This document shows positions 26,291 through 38,929 of a stretch of 64,000 nucleotides of DNA, piece by piece. This DNA comes from Octopus vulgaris (taxonomy: Eukaryota): assembly GCA_951406725.2 (NCBI GenBank), contig OX597815.1:65720001-65784000 (forward strand). The letters run 5' to 3'. Under the pieces are notes generated by a model. The model was not told where the DNA came from and searched no databases. It saw nothing but the letters and a program-made list of their open reading frames with translations. How positions within the stretch are numbered: the stretch's first letter is position 1; each line of letters starts with the position of its first letter. A program made the position numbers and the translations under genes.

Positions 26291-28732
26291 TTTCAATCAA
26301 TAAACAGACTTTATTATTTTGGTCTTTTACAACAACAATACTCCATTTATTAGCTTTTATGTTTTTGTCCCAAGAGCAATTAATAGCGTTAAGTTGGATG
26401 ATGTATTAAGTCTACCACCCATGAAGGCCCTGGCGAGATTTGAACTCAAAGCAAGAAATACGGCAAGGCATCCGGTCGCAATTCACACACACACACACAC
26501 GCACAAGCACGCACACACACACACACACATACGCACACACACACACACACACATACAATGTACATACACGAACATGTCCATCCACACTCGTATATTTTTT
26601 AATCTCTTTAAATTCTCTAAGAATTCTCTTCCTTGCTCCTCCTGCTTCCTTCATTGCGATTTTCCCTCCACCCCTGTCGTTCCCATCAAACCATCGTTTC
26701 TTTTCTTTTCCTTCTCTTCCTTTTTTCATTTTCTCTGAATCTTATCCCACCACTCCTCCTTAATTCCTTATTCTTCTACATCCATCTCCTCATCTGACTA
26801 TACTCTCACTTTTTCGTTATATCTATCTCCTGAACAACATCCCACCACTTTCTCTCGATGTCCTGAGAAGTTTAATGAGATAATTAGTGACATCAGATAA
26901 TCTGTGACAACGGATGATTTTTCAATATGGACTTATTAACGTAGTTTCATTTCCTCCGCTACAGACGTGCAATGATTACAAGCACACACACAATCTTATA
27001 ATCATATCATTTACCCATAGTTTGCGCACTAAAGTAATTACGTATAGGTACAATTGGAGACGTTTGCGTAAACATTCATATATACATACACAAATAGTGA
27101 CTCTTAATGTATAATGTATGTATATATGTATTATGTACGCTTGTGTGTCTGAACGTCTGCATGTAAGTACGTTTATATGTATGTATGTATGTACGTATGT
27201 ATGTATGTATGTATGTATGTATGTATACGTCGGGTCGCTTAGGAGTGCTACTGGTAATGTAATCAAGTACAGCCTGATACATGGTCGGGTCGTCGGTGAC
27301 TAACCCAGACCTATCACCACTACCAGGTTTGCTTGGTGGGAACGGTTGATAGAGACACAAGAAGACGAAGAAAACAGTTCCTGTCAAAAGGACGCATGAA
27401 CCCAACGCAGGGTCACTGACATCACAGTTTAGGAATTGCACGTATACAGCAAAATACTCGTGGAAGGAACGAGCACACTGCAAGACCACCAATATGATAA
27501 TCTCTCTAGAAAAAGAATACACTGACGTAAGACCTGAGGAACGGTCGGCTTCTGGCCCTCGTATTTAAAACCGGACAACCAGGAGGAAAGTTGTTCTTTC
27601 ACGGGAACTTTTTGGAAAACACACTACGAAGGTAAGCTCCTGCAGAGTGGGGGAGACGTAGGACATATAGGTGCGACCAGCTAGAAATATAGAATTACAA
27701 ACTGGTTGCTTCTTTTCGAAAGTATGGCAATGGAGAGAATCAGTAGCACCTCAATTGACTGAGAAACCCTTTCCAAGGATAGCACTATTCACCTATTAAT
27801 TAGGAAGGACGAAGAAAAGGTAATTTTTAACATTGATTACATACTTCTGGAAGTAGCTAGTAGCTTCATGGCTGGCGGTTTTCTTCTCTTGAAGGTTTCT
27901 ATGGTAACGCCCATGAAATTTGCAACGTAACAAGGGATGATTGTACTCAGACATGAGTTAACTTTTTCAACATTCAATGATACGTGACTATGATGCTTTT
28001 ATTCTTTTATACTTCAGTTATATGCTGAGGTACCATGTATATATGCATGTATGCATGTATGTATGTATGTATGTATGTATGTATTTATGTATGTATGTAT
28101 GTATGTATGTGTATGTACGTATGTATGTAAGTATGTGTACGTATATATTTGTATGTATGTTGGTAGGTAGGTAGATAAATTCATATATATGTATGTATAT
28201 ATGTATATGTATTTAGATTTGTGTGTGTCTGTGTGCGTGCGTGTGTACCTGTGTGCACGTGTGCACGCGCACGTGTATACTTTTACTAAATCACTATTAT
28301 ATTGGATTTAACCATCCAGATTATTTTAAGTGACGTGGTTCACATTCAGTAATGTTATTAAGGAGCTAAACTGGTAGATCTGTTCTGTCCCACACTGATA
28401 TACGTAGATATATGAGCTAAGTTGGTGGAGATTATATATATATATATATATATAATCACAGTAACTTACTCCGTCATCGCTACCAGAAAAACAACACACC
28501 ACTTTCAAAGAACATTTGGAAGCCAAAAGACTAAGGAGAGACCAACAGTACATGAGCAATGTAATATACAGATATTAAGTTGATAAACAGGTATTAAAGA
28601 ACAAATCACAGTTATCTAGCCTCTTCCCATTTTATATGTCATGAAAAGAATACCGACTTGTGGAAACACACATTCTACGGTTAAGTCTATGGTGAAACGA
28701 TTGAACAAAAGCACGGTTTAAAATATAATATA

Positions 28733-28780
<48 letters not shown>

Positions 28781-28917
28781 GTCCTTGTGCGCGTGTACGT
28801 TTCTGTGCCTGTATGTATGTGTATGTGTGTGTGTACATGTGCATGTGTGTGCGCGTGTGTGTGTATTAATTGCATGTTTTCTTTATGCGCTTATTGGCGG
28901 CTGAATAGTGTCAGAAC

Positions 28918-29135
28918 AAAATCCCCTGACGACGCCGAGTGTTAAAAAAACACTAAAAACCTCAAATCAAGAAAGACAACTTGCCTTGTAGGTGATCGAG
29001 CCTTAAACCAGCGATAGCAATTCATTCCGAGGTGACTCGAGTATAGAATACTGAAAAGCTACAAAAAGAGCGAAATATTGATAATCATCGATCTCGATCA
29101 ATGTTCTTTAACACTTGGCGTCTCAGAGGGATTTT
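28918..29135. repeat. Short element bounded by ~29-bp inverted repeats
   Basis: AAAATCCCCTGACGACGCCGAGTGTTAAA / TTTAACACTTGGCGTCTCAGAGGGATTTT. Confidence 0.65.
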
Positions 29136-29240
29136 TTCCCTTTGATGTTATCCCCCAACCAAAGAGCGCATAAATAAAACACGCACAGTAAGTATGTGAC
29201 ATCAGCATGTGACATCATTATTAGTGTTGCTTGTAATTCG

Positions 29241-29282
<42 letters not shown>

Positions 29283-29287
<5 letters not shown>

Positions 29288-29941
29288 ACAAGAAATGGAA
29301 CAAGAACGTAACAAGCGACGATAAAACATCCGGACAGTTAGACGATAGAAAAAGGACAGGAAAAAACAAGGATGACTTATTTGGAGCTTTCTATCTTCAG
29401 TCGAGTTCCAGATTATCTCAGCAGTTTCGGCCGGTTACATTCGAGACTGCTCCACTCTGGCCGGCCCCAAGAAAATCTAAGCTAAGAGCACTAGGTTCCC
29501 GGGAAGAAAGCAAGCAGATGTTTACGGACAAATGGTGCACAATTACAAATAAAAATAACAGGTATCTTTCGACTAAGGACGAATTAAATTAAGCTGGCGT
29601 GTGTGGAAGTGAAGCCTTACGGCAAGGGCATAGCTGATGAGAGTCATAGGAAGGAATATAAGAGATGGTACACGGATGGTAGTTGAACCAAGAAAGAAAG
29701 GTCAGGCTTGGTGGAACACCGGTCACGTGGAAGGAGAGGAGAGTGGTAGGGGCAAAGGGATAAAAGAATTAGGAAGGGACGAGAGAGAAAAAGAAAAGAA
29801 AAGGGACAGAATGAGGTAAACGAGGAGGGAAAGTGAGAATGAAGGGAAAGCCAAGAAATGTGAGAGAGGGAAAGCGATAAAAGGAAAAATGGAAAGAACG
29901 AAGTGTGAAGGGACTAAAAGAAAGAGTAAGAGAGTCGTACA

Positions 29942-29944
<3 letters not shown>
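29283..29944 (-). mobile_element. Non-autonomous PLE-type element inserted in (TA)n
   Basis: (TA)n on both sides; a truncated second copy at 30285-30414; contains hammerhead segments. Confidence 0.65.
29383..29466 (-). ncRNA. Candidate rearranged, pseudoknotted hammerhead
   Basis: GGCCGG CCAGA gt GGAGCAGT-C-TCGA atgtaa CCGGCC-GAAA-CTGCT gagataa TCTGG aac TCGA-CTGAAGA ta GAAA GCTCC. Confidence 0.6.
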
Positions 29945-29994
<50 letters not shown>

Positions 29995-30041
29995 TGCATA
30001 CATATATATATATACATAGGAGATAGGGGTACGTTACGCCG

Positions 30042-30150
30042 ATCCGGTTCCGACTGAAGATTAGAGTCTTCGAGTGACCCGTCTGTTTTTTTGTGTCGTC
30101 TCTTTGTGTGTTTTTGCGTTCTTGTCCCACTTTGTAATTTATATTTTATA
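30042..30150 (+). mobile_element. Truncated copy of the 37321-37606 family terminus
   Basis: GATCCGGTTCCGACTGAAGATTAGAGTCTTCGAGTGACCCGTC...GCGTTCTTGTCCC matches 37508-37600. Confidence 0.7.
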
Positions 30151-30164
30151 TTTTATATTTGATT

Positions 30165-30239
<75 letters not shown>

Positions 30240-30284
30240 TTACATATAAGAGACCAAAAGTGTACTACGTCGCTACATGTATAT

Positions 30285-30414
30285 ATAAAAAAGAAATCAA
30301 AAAATTAACAAGAACGTAAAAGCCGACAACAAAATATCCGGACAGTTAGACGATAGAAAAAGGACAGGAAAAAACAAGGACGGGTCATTCAGAGCTTTCT
30401 ATCCTCAGTCGAGG
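30285..30414 (-). mobile_element. Truncated copy of the 29283 family terminus (core CTGAGGA)
   Basis: CCGGACAGTTAGACGATAGAAAAAGGACAGG is shared with the copy near 29330-29360. Confidence 0.75.
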
Positions 30415-30471
30415 ATATTAACTCTATTCATCAATAAAAAAATACGTCAGAAACAGCTGTAGTAAGTCAAC

Positions 30472-30523
<52 letters not shown>

Positions 30524-30618
30524 GCATATATATATATATATACACACACATATATATATACATACATTAATGAATATAATGTATGTATATATATATTATA
30601 TATATTGGATGCCAAGAG

Positions 30619-30652
<34 letters not shown>

Positions 30653-31079
30653 CTCTTTGCATCCAACTTAATGTTGTATTCAACACTTTTGCGTTTCCGT
30701 ACTCAAACAGAAAAAAAGCTCTATATCCAATTCAACGTGATAGATTGCTTTATGTTCACTGGTTAAACGCATGTTGTATTTTCAACACCACCTGAGGTAT
30801 AGAATGGTCGCAGAAACAAACGTTCACCGCAGAAGGACAGTGTGCTAGTCACACATACCTCTTATTTATTTAGTATATTTGAGATTCTTTCTATACTTTT
30901 TATTTCTTATTTTTTACACTTACCCCGGGTAATTGATGAATGTTGCACAATAATGTATATTATTGTTCTTCGAACATTCTTAGTGAGTCTCATTATCAGG
31001 CAAATAAAAAAACATCACAGACACACACACATAAACACTACAGGCACATACGCACACGTATATTTAATATGTACATATT

Positions 31080-31486
31080 CTTTTCTACTCTAGGCACAAG
31101 GCCCGAAATTTTTGGGGAGATTGCCAGGACTTTTAGATTGACCACAGGATGCAAATTGTACATATTTTATCGACCCCGAAAGGATGAAATGCAAAGTCGA
31201 CCTCGGCGGAATTTGAACTCAGAACGTAAAAACAGACGAAATACTTATTTCTTTACTACCCACAAGGGTAGTACTTTACTACACAGAGAGGACAAACAAG
31301 GACAGACAAACGGATTAAGTCGATTATATCGACTCCAGTGCGTAACTGGTACTTATTTAATCGACCCCAAAAGGATGAAAGGCAAAGTCGACCTCGGCGG
31401 AATTGGAACTCAGAACGTAGCGACAGACGAAATACCGCTAAGCATTTCGCCCGGCATGCTAACGTTTTTGCCAGCTCGCCGCCTTT
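31080..31486 (-). mobile_element. Family A SINE with duplicated body
   Basis: Homology to 7923-8339. Confidence 0.88.
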
Positions 31487-31743
31487 TAATATAAACATAT
31501 TCGTGCACAAATGCATTTGTACAAACAAGGATAAATATATGTAATAATACACCCGCACGCACACACACACACACACACACGCACACACACACAAACACAT
31601 ACACACCGTGATCACGCGTCAAAATGAGCACGTGTTATCAGTCTGTTCTACATATAACGTTAGAGATGGGTTCCGTCTCTCTCTCACACACCCTTCCTGC
31701 CTCTCATAAATATACGTGTTTTTGTGTGTTTGTGTGTGTGTGT

Positions 31744-31796
<53 letters not shown>

Positions 31797-32034
31797 TTTG
31801 TGTTTGTAGATAACAAAGTGTTTCAATTCATACGATTGAAAACTTATAACTTTCAAATGTTAGACAAAGGTGAGTGGGGGCAGTATCTGCGAACCTTTTG
31901 AATACGCTCTGGAAACCGGGTGGATCTGGTCGAGGAAGACCTCTGTATCCTAAAGCACTATCCAAACTATGTGATTATCCGGATTAAGTTACAGGATATC
32001 GAAAGGAGCTCTCAATGGATAGCTTGTAATTATG

Positions 32035-32238
32035 GCTTTAAATTTGGCATAAGGCCAGCAATTTCTAGATAAGGATTAAACCGATTAGATCACCCCTAGT
32101 GCCCAGCTGGTACTTATATTATCAACCCCGAAAGTCGACCTCAGCGGAGGTTGAACTCAGAACGTACATCTGGACGAAATACTGCTAATCACTTTTTTTT
32201 TGCCCGACGTGCTAATAAGTCTGCCAGCTCGCCGCCCT
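32035..32238 (-). mobile_element. Family A SINE
   Basis: CCCCGAAAGTCGACCTCAGCGG...CTGCCAGCTCGCCGCC. Confidence 0.8.
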
Positions 32239-34149
32239 AGACAAGTAATAGTTAACAGAGCGACAGTTAAATCAACCCTTCGACAATAGTTCCATCCAAA
32301 GGGATTCAGTATAGTATCCTATATCTTTCAGAGCAATTTCACTCACGCTTGTTTGAATCAGTTGAATCAGTGATAAAAGATACTTAGCCAAGGTGTTGTG
32401 CAGTGGAAATTAATCGTAGATCACATGGCGGTACCGATTTAAATTTTTCAATTTCTTGGTCATGTTTGCATCCATTGTTTCATGCAAGTATCCGTGTGGA
32501 TATCAGCGGTCGTCAGTAATAAGGAAGTGATACTGGAATAAAGCGTTGGAGTAATTTATAATTATACTTACTTTTATACACACAGGGTATGTATGGATGG
32601 ATAGATCGATGATTGGAAGGGTGTATGTATGTATGTATGTATGTATGTATGTATGTATGTATGTATGTATGTATGTATGTATTATGTATGTATGTGCATG
32701 TTTGTGTATATGTATGAATGAATGGATAGATAGATGGATATGTCTTTGTGTTTGTCCTCCACCGCCGTTTAGCAATCGTTTACATACCCCGTGATTTTCT
32801 GCTTCAGACTAATAGAAACAAAACAAGTACCAGACTTAAAATGAGTAAACTAATATTGTGGTGCCGTTTTGTTCAATTACGCTCTAAAGACCATGCTGTA
32901 GCATGGTCGCAGTCCACTGACAATAAACAAAGATTGAAAAGAGGAAAACAAGGAATTTATATATCAAATTGTCTTTATGTTTTGCTACCAATTGTACTGA
33001 ACTTAATTGAAGAAACATTATTCAAATTATACAAAATTTACACGTCACACATTAGGCAAAACTGTCATCTTCAAACAATACAGTTTATCGTCGTACAATA
33101 GATTTACTAACCTATATCGAACCTTGAATCTTCTATTTGCTGGCCAAGCGAGGAACTATCAGTTAGTCTGCATTGACCTTAGAGAATAATATCTGGCTGG
33201 AAATAGTTCACACGTGTCTTATCTATTTTTATTGAGAGTTACGTCGACATTGCCCTTGATTGTCTTACAGGATCTAGGCCAAAGATAGGCCTAAATCATC
33301 TCTGTATTTGTCAGTATATGAGTGTACGTGTGTGGGTCTTAGTGTGAGTTTGTGTGTTTCTGTGTTTGTGTGTACATGAGATAGTAACATGACTAATACA
33401 TTTACAATTAAACCTGAGTTTTAACTCGTCTAGTTATCGAATAACGAAGGCGTTAGTCTGCTATATTAAGTTATTACAAACTATGCAATATTGTTATGGC
33501 CGTACTGTCTTTTTTCTGGGGGTTTTTTTCCGATTGGTATTGCTTTTTCAGGATAGCATATCCTCAACTACATTATGTCTTCTTTTTTAAGGTGGGAGGT
33601 TAGGATTTGAGGGAGATTTGTCCGCTATTTTTTGCTGGTCGAGTGATCACTAAGAGGCTTATTCCTAAATAATATAGTTCCAGATATACACAAAGATTGG
33701 ACGGTCATGGCTGGAATTTTTTTTTTATCTTAAGTCTGCTTGATCAAGGATGATATGGGTAAAACATTAACAACAACAGCAACAAAACATAAAACGTTCT
33801 CGTGACAGATGATTGTGGATTTTATTGATGAGAAGGGCATTAGTTATGTTTTCGATGAAGTTTTCAAAGACGATAAGCATCAGTTGGTGCTGTGGGAGAG
33901 CAATGATGTCCGCTAGATGGCACTTAACGGAAACCGAAGGGCAGATATTGGAAAGGTAAGAGTAACAGACTCAAACATTAAAGATGTGCATCTTTACGTT
34001 GATCCCCATTACCTTTCAGATGTTACGTCAACAGTAACTGTGCTCGAACAGGAAGATTAGGGAGTTTGTTTTTTGGAAGGGAACAATTTTACAGTCACGT
34101 GGTTCCATAAAATGGTAATGAACCCTAGACCAGAGAAACATAGAATATG

Positions 34150-34440
34150 TTTTTAGAGAGCCCAGGCAATACCTATATTACAACGTGACTCATTGTGATA
34201 CCATCATTTAAGAGTAATACATGTAGAAGCACAACAAACTAGAAAATACAAAAAGATCAATACTCTCAACCATTAAAGAAAAGGAAGCTAAAATACTTTG
34301 GTCACATAGTAAGAGCAAACGGTATACAAAGACTATTATTAGAAGAAAAGATAAACGGCAAACATTCGAGTGGAAGACCTAGAACAAATTGGTTCGATAA
34401 CATCTAGGATTGGAGTAAATATCAAATGGTGAATAATAAC
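34150..34440 (+). pseudogene. RTE-type LINE 3' fragment
   Basis: KKRKLKYFGHIVRANGIQRLLLEEKINGKHSSGRPRTNWFDNI. Confidence 0.75.
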
Positions 34441-34489
34441 AGATAAAAGATCTGGAATAAAGATTTTTGATATTCAACCAGTTGAGAGG

Positions 34490-34765
34490 GTTCCAAATGG
34501 TTCGATCAACGGAACAGCCTGTTCGTGAAATTAACGTGTGAGTGGCTGAGCACTCCACAGACACGTAGTTCTCAGGGAGATTCGGCATAACACAGAATGT
34601 GACAAGGCTGGACTTTTGAAATTACTGGTACTACTCATTTTTTTCCAGCTGAGTAGACTGGAGCAACGAGAAATAAAGTGTCTTACTTATGGACACAACG
34701 CGCCGATGGTGATCGAACTCCCGACCTTACGACCGTGAGCTGAATACCCTAATCACTAAACCACT
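34490..34765 (-). mobile_element. Family C-related tRNA SINE
   Basis: Matches 35790-36176 (GATCAACGGAACAGCCTG..CGTGAAATTAACGTG); tRNA-like head at the right end. Confidence 0.8.
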
Positions 34766-34941
34766 AGATAATACGTACTGAAAGAATGAACAAAAGTGGT
34801 AAACTAGCAGAATTGTTAGTGTTGAAGAGAATACCTGGCAGATTAGTTCCGGCTCTTTATGTTCCGAGTTCAAATCTCGCCACGCTCCGCGATCGATAAA
34901 ATAAAGTTCCAGTGAAGTACTAGGGTCGATGGCTTGCCTTG

Positions 34942-35026
34942 TGTCTACAGACCCCAACGCGTATTTAACAAATGTTTCGAATTTAATTCGAAACCTTTGT
35001 TAAATACGCGTTGGGGTCTGTAGACA
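34942..35026. repeat. 85-bp near-perfect palindrome
   Basis: 42-bp arms with one mismatch and a 1-nt centre. Confidence 0.92.
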
Positions 35027-35200
35027 GACAGAATCGTTAAAGCGTCGGAAACAATGTCTTGCGGTGTTTCTTCCTCTTCTTTAGCTTCAGAGTTCAAATT
35101 CTGTGTAAATTCTTCCTGTCTTTCCTCCGGGGTTGATAAAATAAAATGTACCAGTTAAGTTCTGTGGTTGGTTTAATTCACTCACCATACATACATACAT

Positions 35201-35241
<41 letters not shown>

Positions 35242-35789
35242 TAGACAGACAGACAGTCAGACAGGCAGACGGGCAGACAGGCAGGCAGGCAGACAGGCAA
35301 ACAGACAGACAATCATGCATACCCAGAAATGAAGATGCGTGGCCTAGTGGTCAAGGAATTGGGTTTATTATCATAAGCTCGTGGGTTCAATTCCTGGATC
35401 GAACGGTGCCTTGTATCCTTCATACATAGAAATTAGTTCTCGTTAGTACAGTCTACTCATCTAAGACGACTATTAACCGACTGCTGGTACAAACTCCTTT
35501 CTTTCTCCCTCCATGGGTCAAATCTCCAAATCACATGGACTTTTCACAACGCCCTCATCATATGGGACGTTCACAAAACGATCTTCACCACATACATACG
35601 TAATCTACATAGTAGACATATTGTAGAAACAGGGTTAATTTAGCTCTTTCTTCGTAGAGGAAAAAAATGATGTAAAACCTCAAACGATTGTTGAATCTTA
35701 TTAGATTCTCGTCAGGAACGTCTACATCAACTTGAGTAACCTAAAACAAACGGGCAACCAATCTGTTTATATACTCAACAGTTATAGTT

Positions 35790-36176
35790 GGGGGAAGCAC
35801 TCCGTCGGTTACGACGATGAGGGTTCCGGTTGATCCGAATCAACGGAACAGCCTGCTCGTGAAATTAACGTGTAAGTGGCTGAGCACTCCACAGTCACGT
35901 GCACCCTTAACGTAGTTCTCGGGGATATTTAGTGTGACACAGAGAGTGACAAGGCCGGCCTCTTGAAATACAGATACAACAGAAACAGGAAGTAAGAGTG
36001 AGAGAAAGTAGTGGTGAAAGAGTACAGCAGGGATCACCACCATCCCCTGCCGGAGCCTCGTGGAGCTTTCAGGTGTTTTCGCTCAATAAACACTCACAAC
36101 GCCCGGTCTGGGAATCGAAACCGCGATCCTATGACCGCGAGTCCGCTGCCCTAACCACTGGGCCATTGCGCCTCCA
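35790..36176 (-). mobile_element. tRNA-derived SINE
   Basis: Minus-strand head GGAGGCGCAATGGCCCAGTGGTTAGGGCAGCGG...GGTTTCGATTCCCAG. Confidence 0.85.
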
Positions 36177-36670
36177 CTACAGTTATAGTAGCTACTAAAA
36201 AAACTGCCGCTACTAATTTGCATATCGCAAGTGTTAACACTATCTAACATCAAGGGTCCGTCAACGGGGATCTCAGTCCAGACAGTATCAAGGTGTGATA
36301 TAATATATGTAACTTGTACATTACATACGTACATACATACATACATACATACATACATACATACATACATACCTGCATACATTCAAACATTACATACACT
36401 CATACATGCATGCATACATACACACGTGCACACATTCAAACATTACATACATGCACACACATATACATATACTCATGCACGCACGCACACACGCATGCGC
36501 ACACACACACACATACATACATGTACATCGAGAAGATGCGTGGCGCAGTGGTCAAGAAGTTGGGGTTTTAGTCATAAGCTCACGGGTTCAATTCCCGCAT
36601 CGAGGGTACCTAGAAATAATTTTTCATTGGTGCAGTCTACTCGTTTAAAATGACTACCAACTGACTACCG

Positions 36671-36749
<79 letters not shown>

Positions 36750-37044
36750 CAAATCTATGATGTTGCGCTGGGTTAAAAGTGTGAGGGCCGAGATGGTGAC
36801 TATGTCTGCTTGCGACTTCAAAGACACCTAGAACAATTAGCAAAAGTGTAGTAAATATTAGCAAGACATACGTACTAGCGAGTGAGATATCCGCCTATAC
36901 ACACAAACGCACGTGTGCATAGTGTTCGGTTTGTAAGATGTGCGTGTGTGTGTGTATATATAATTACTTATACAAACATAGATGCATACGTACACACACA
37001 CACTCATGCACACACACACACACACACATATATATTATATATGA

Positions 37045-37080
<36 letters not shown>

Positions 37081-37082
<2 letters not shown>

Positions 37083-37262
37083 CGGGAAGCTTTATGAAAA
37101 TAGACAAAAGACGAAGGCAGGTTTACGGAAATAAACAAAAGACGAAGGCAGGTGGAATACAAACAAACAATTGTATTAGTATGGCGCTCAGGAAATATAA
37201 ATAAAACAAGTCTTTAACGTTTCGAGCCTACGCTCTTCAACAGAAAGATACACAGAGAAAAA
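37081..37262 (-). mobile_element. PLE 3' terminus (same family as 53202) abutting (TA)n
   Basis: AACGGGAAGCTTTATGAAAAT...GGCGCTCAGGAA...CAGAAAGATACACAG is near-identical to 53202-53345. Confidence 0.8.
37211..37248 (-). ncRNA. Minimal type I hammerhead-like motif with CUGUUGA core
   Basis: TCTTT CTGTTGA A GAGC-GTAG-GCTC GAAAC GTT AAAGA. Confidence 0.6.
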
Positions 37263-37320
37263 ATATATTTATTTATTTATTTATTATGTATATATATATG
37301 CATATAGATGTATATATACG

Positions 37321-37606
37321 TTTTTGTCCTATTCTTACTATTATTGTTTTTTGTATTTATATTCGTGTGGCATCGTCCGTTTTTCTGTCCTTGTTTCGTA
37401 TACATTCGATCCTTTTTCCAAGAAATCTAATGCTCGTAGCTTAGTTTTTCCTTGGGGCTGGCCGGATCGGAGCGATCTCAAGATTAATCAGCCGAGGTTG
37501 CGAGGATGATCCGGATCTTGACTGAAGATTAGAAGCTTCGAATGACCCGTCCGTTTTGTGTGTCGTCTATTTGAGTGCTTTGCGTTCTTGTCTCATTTTG
37601 TATTTA
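37321..37606 (+). mobile_element. Non-autonomous PLE-type terminus ending in (TA)n
   Basis: Diverged homologue of the 29283 family. Confidence 0.65.
37456..37540 (+). ncRNA. Candidate rearranged hammerhead, covariant homologue of 29383-29466
   Basis: GGCTGG CCGGAT CGGAGCGAT-C-TCAAGAT taa TCAGCC-GAGG-TTGC gaggat GATCCGG ATCTTGA-CTGAAGA tta GAA GCTTCG. Confidence 0.55.
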
Positions 37607-37624
37607 TATATATATGCATACATG

Positions 37625-38298
37625 TTTTTCTACACTGGGCACAAGGCCCGAAATTTCGGAGGAGGGTGTCAGTCGATTAGATCGACTCCAGTATGCAACT
37701 GGTACATAATTTATCGACCCCGAAAGGATGAAAGGCAAAGTCGACCTCGGCAGAATTTGAACTCAGAAGGTAAAAACAGACGAAATGCCTATTTCTTTAC
37801 TACCCACAAGGACAGACAGACGGATTAAGTCGATAATATCGACCCCAGTGCGTAACTGGTACTTAATTTATCGACCCCGAAAGGATGAAAGCAAAGCCGA
37901 CCTCGGCGGAATTTGAACTCAGAACGTAACGGCAGACGAAATACCGCTAAGCATTTCGCCCGGCGTGCTGACGTTTCTGCCAGTTCGCCGCCTTCCTTAA
38001 AGAATGAAAGGCAAAAGTCGACTTCGGCGGAATTTGAACTCAGAACGTAGCCGCAGACGAAATACCCATTTCTTTACTGCCCACAAGGGGCTACACACAG
38101 AGGGGACAAACAAGGACAGACAAACGGATTAAGTCGATTATATCGACCCCAGTGCGTAAGTGGTCCTTAATTTATCAACCCCGAAAGGATGAAAGGCTAA
38201 GTCGACCTCGGCGGAATTTGAACTCAGAACGTAGCGGCAGACGAAATACTGTTAAGCATTTCGCCCGGCGTGCTAACGTTTCTGCCAGCTCGCCGCCT
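37625..38298 (-). mobile_element. Tandem, nested cluster of family A SINE units
   Basis: The core GAAAGGCAAAGTCGACCTCGGCGGAATTTGAACTCAGAA recurs four times. Confidence 0.9.
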
Positions 38299-38929
38299 TG
38301 TATATACATAAATACATGCATACATACACACTGATTTACACGCACATACATGTTTATGCAGACAGACAGACAGACAGACAGACAGGCAGACAGACAGATA
38401 GACAGACAGGCAGGCAGGCAGGCAGGCAGGCAGACAGACAGACAGATAGACAGATTGATAGATAGATTTGTGTGAGTGGATGAGTTTCTGTCTGTATACA
38501 TGTCAGCTATCAAATTCCAACGTTTTCACGAAATACGATACAAGTATGATAGCGATGATAATAAATAAATAAACAAATTTATAAATAAATAAACAAATAA
38601 AACAAAATAGAAGGTAAGTTACCGGTGAGTCAAACTCTTCGGTCCGGTTTCAGTTTCTATTTAAAGCTATTTTAATTTAACACTCCTCTCCGCCTCCCAT
38701 TCTATAAACTGTATTATACCGCTAGTATATAATTGTAATACATCTAGGAAATTATAATAACATCTCTAGTATATTAAAGTAATATCTCCAATATTTTATA
38801 GTATTGCTCTAGTAAGTTATAGTAACATATCTAACATAGTATTTCTCTAGTATAGATTCAGTTATGGATCTCACTCTCTCTGTTCTGTACATTACATTAC
38901 TATTACTTCTCACAACATAACTTCCTAAA

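Noticed and set aside
27230-28020. Host exons in complex unique-looking sequence
   Set aside because: No sustained ORF or recognisable domain; may be a decayed transposon accessory gene.
29209-29592. 127-aa ORF as a protein
   Set aside because: Starts in (TA)n, is antisense to the structured RNA, and has no recognisable domain.
30449-30463. GAAAC-AGCT-GTA hammerhead
   Set aside because: Only the 3' half is present; no CUGANGA with helix II upstream.
37625-38298. CRISPR-like repeat array
   Set aside because: The repeats are SINE bodies with non-unique, irregular spacing; eukaryotic context and no cas genes.
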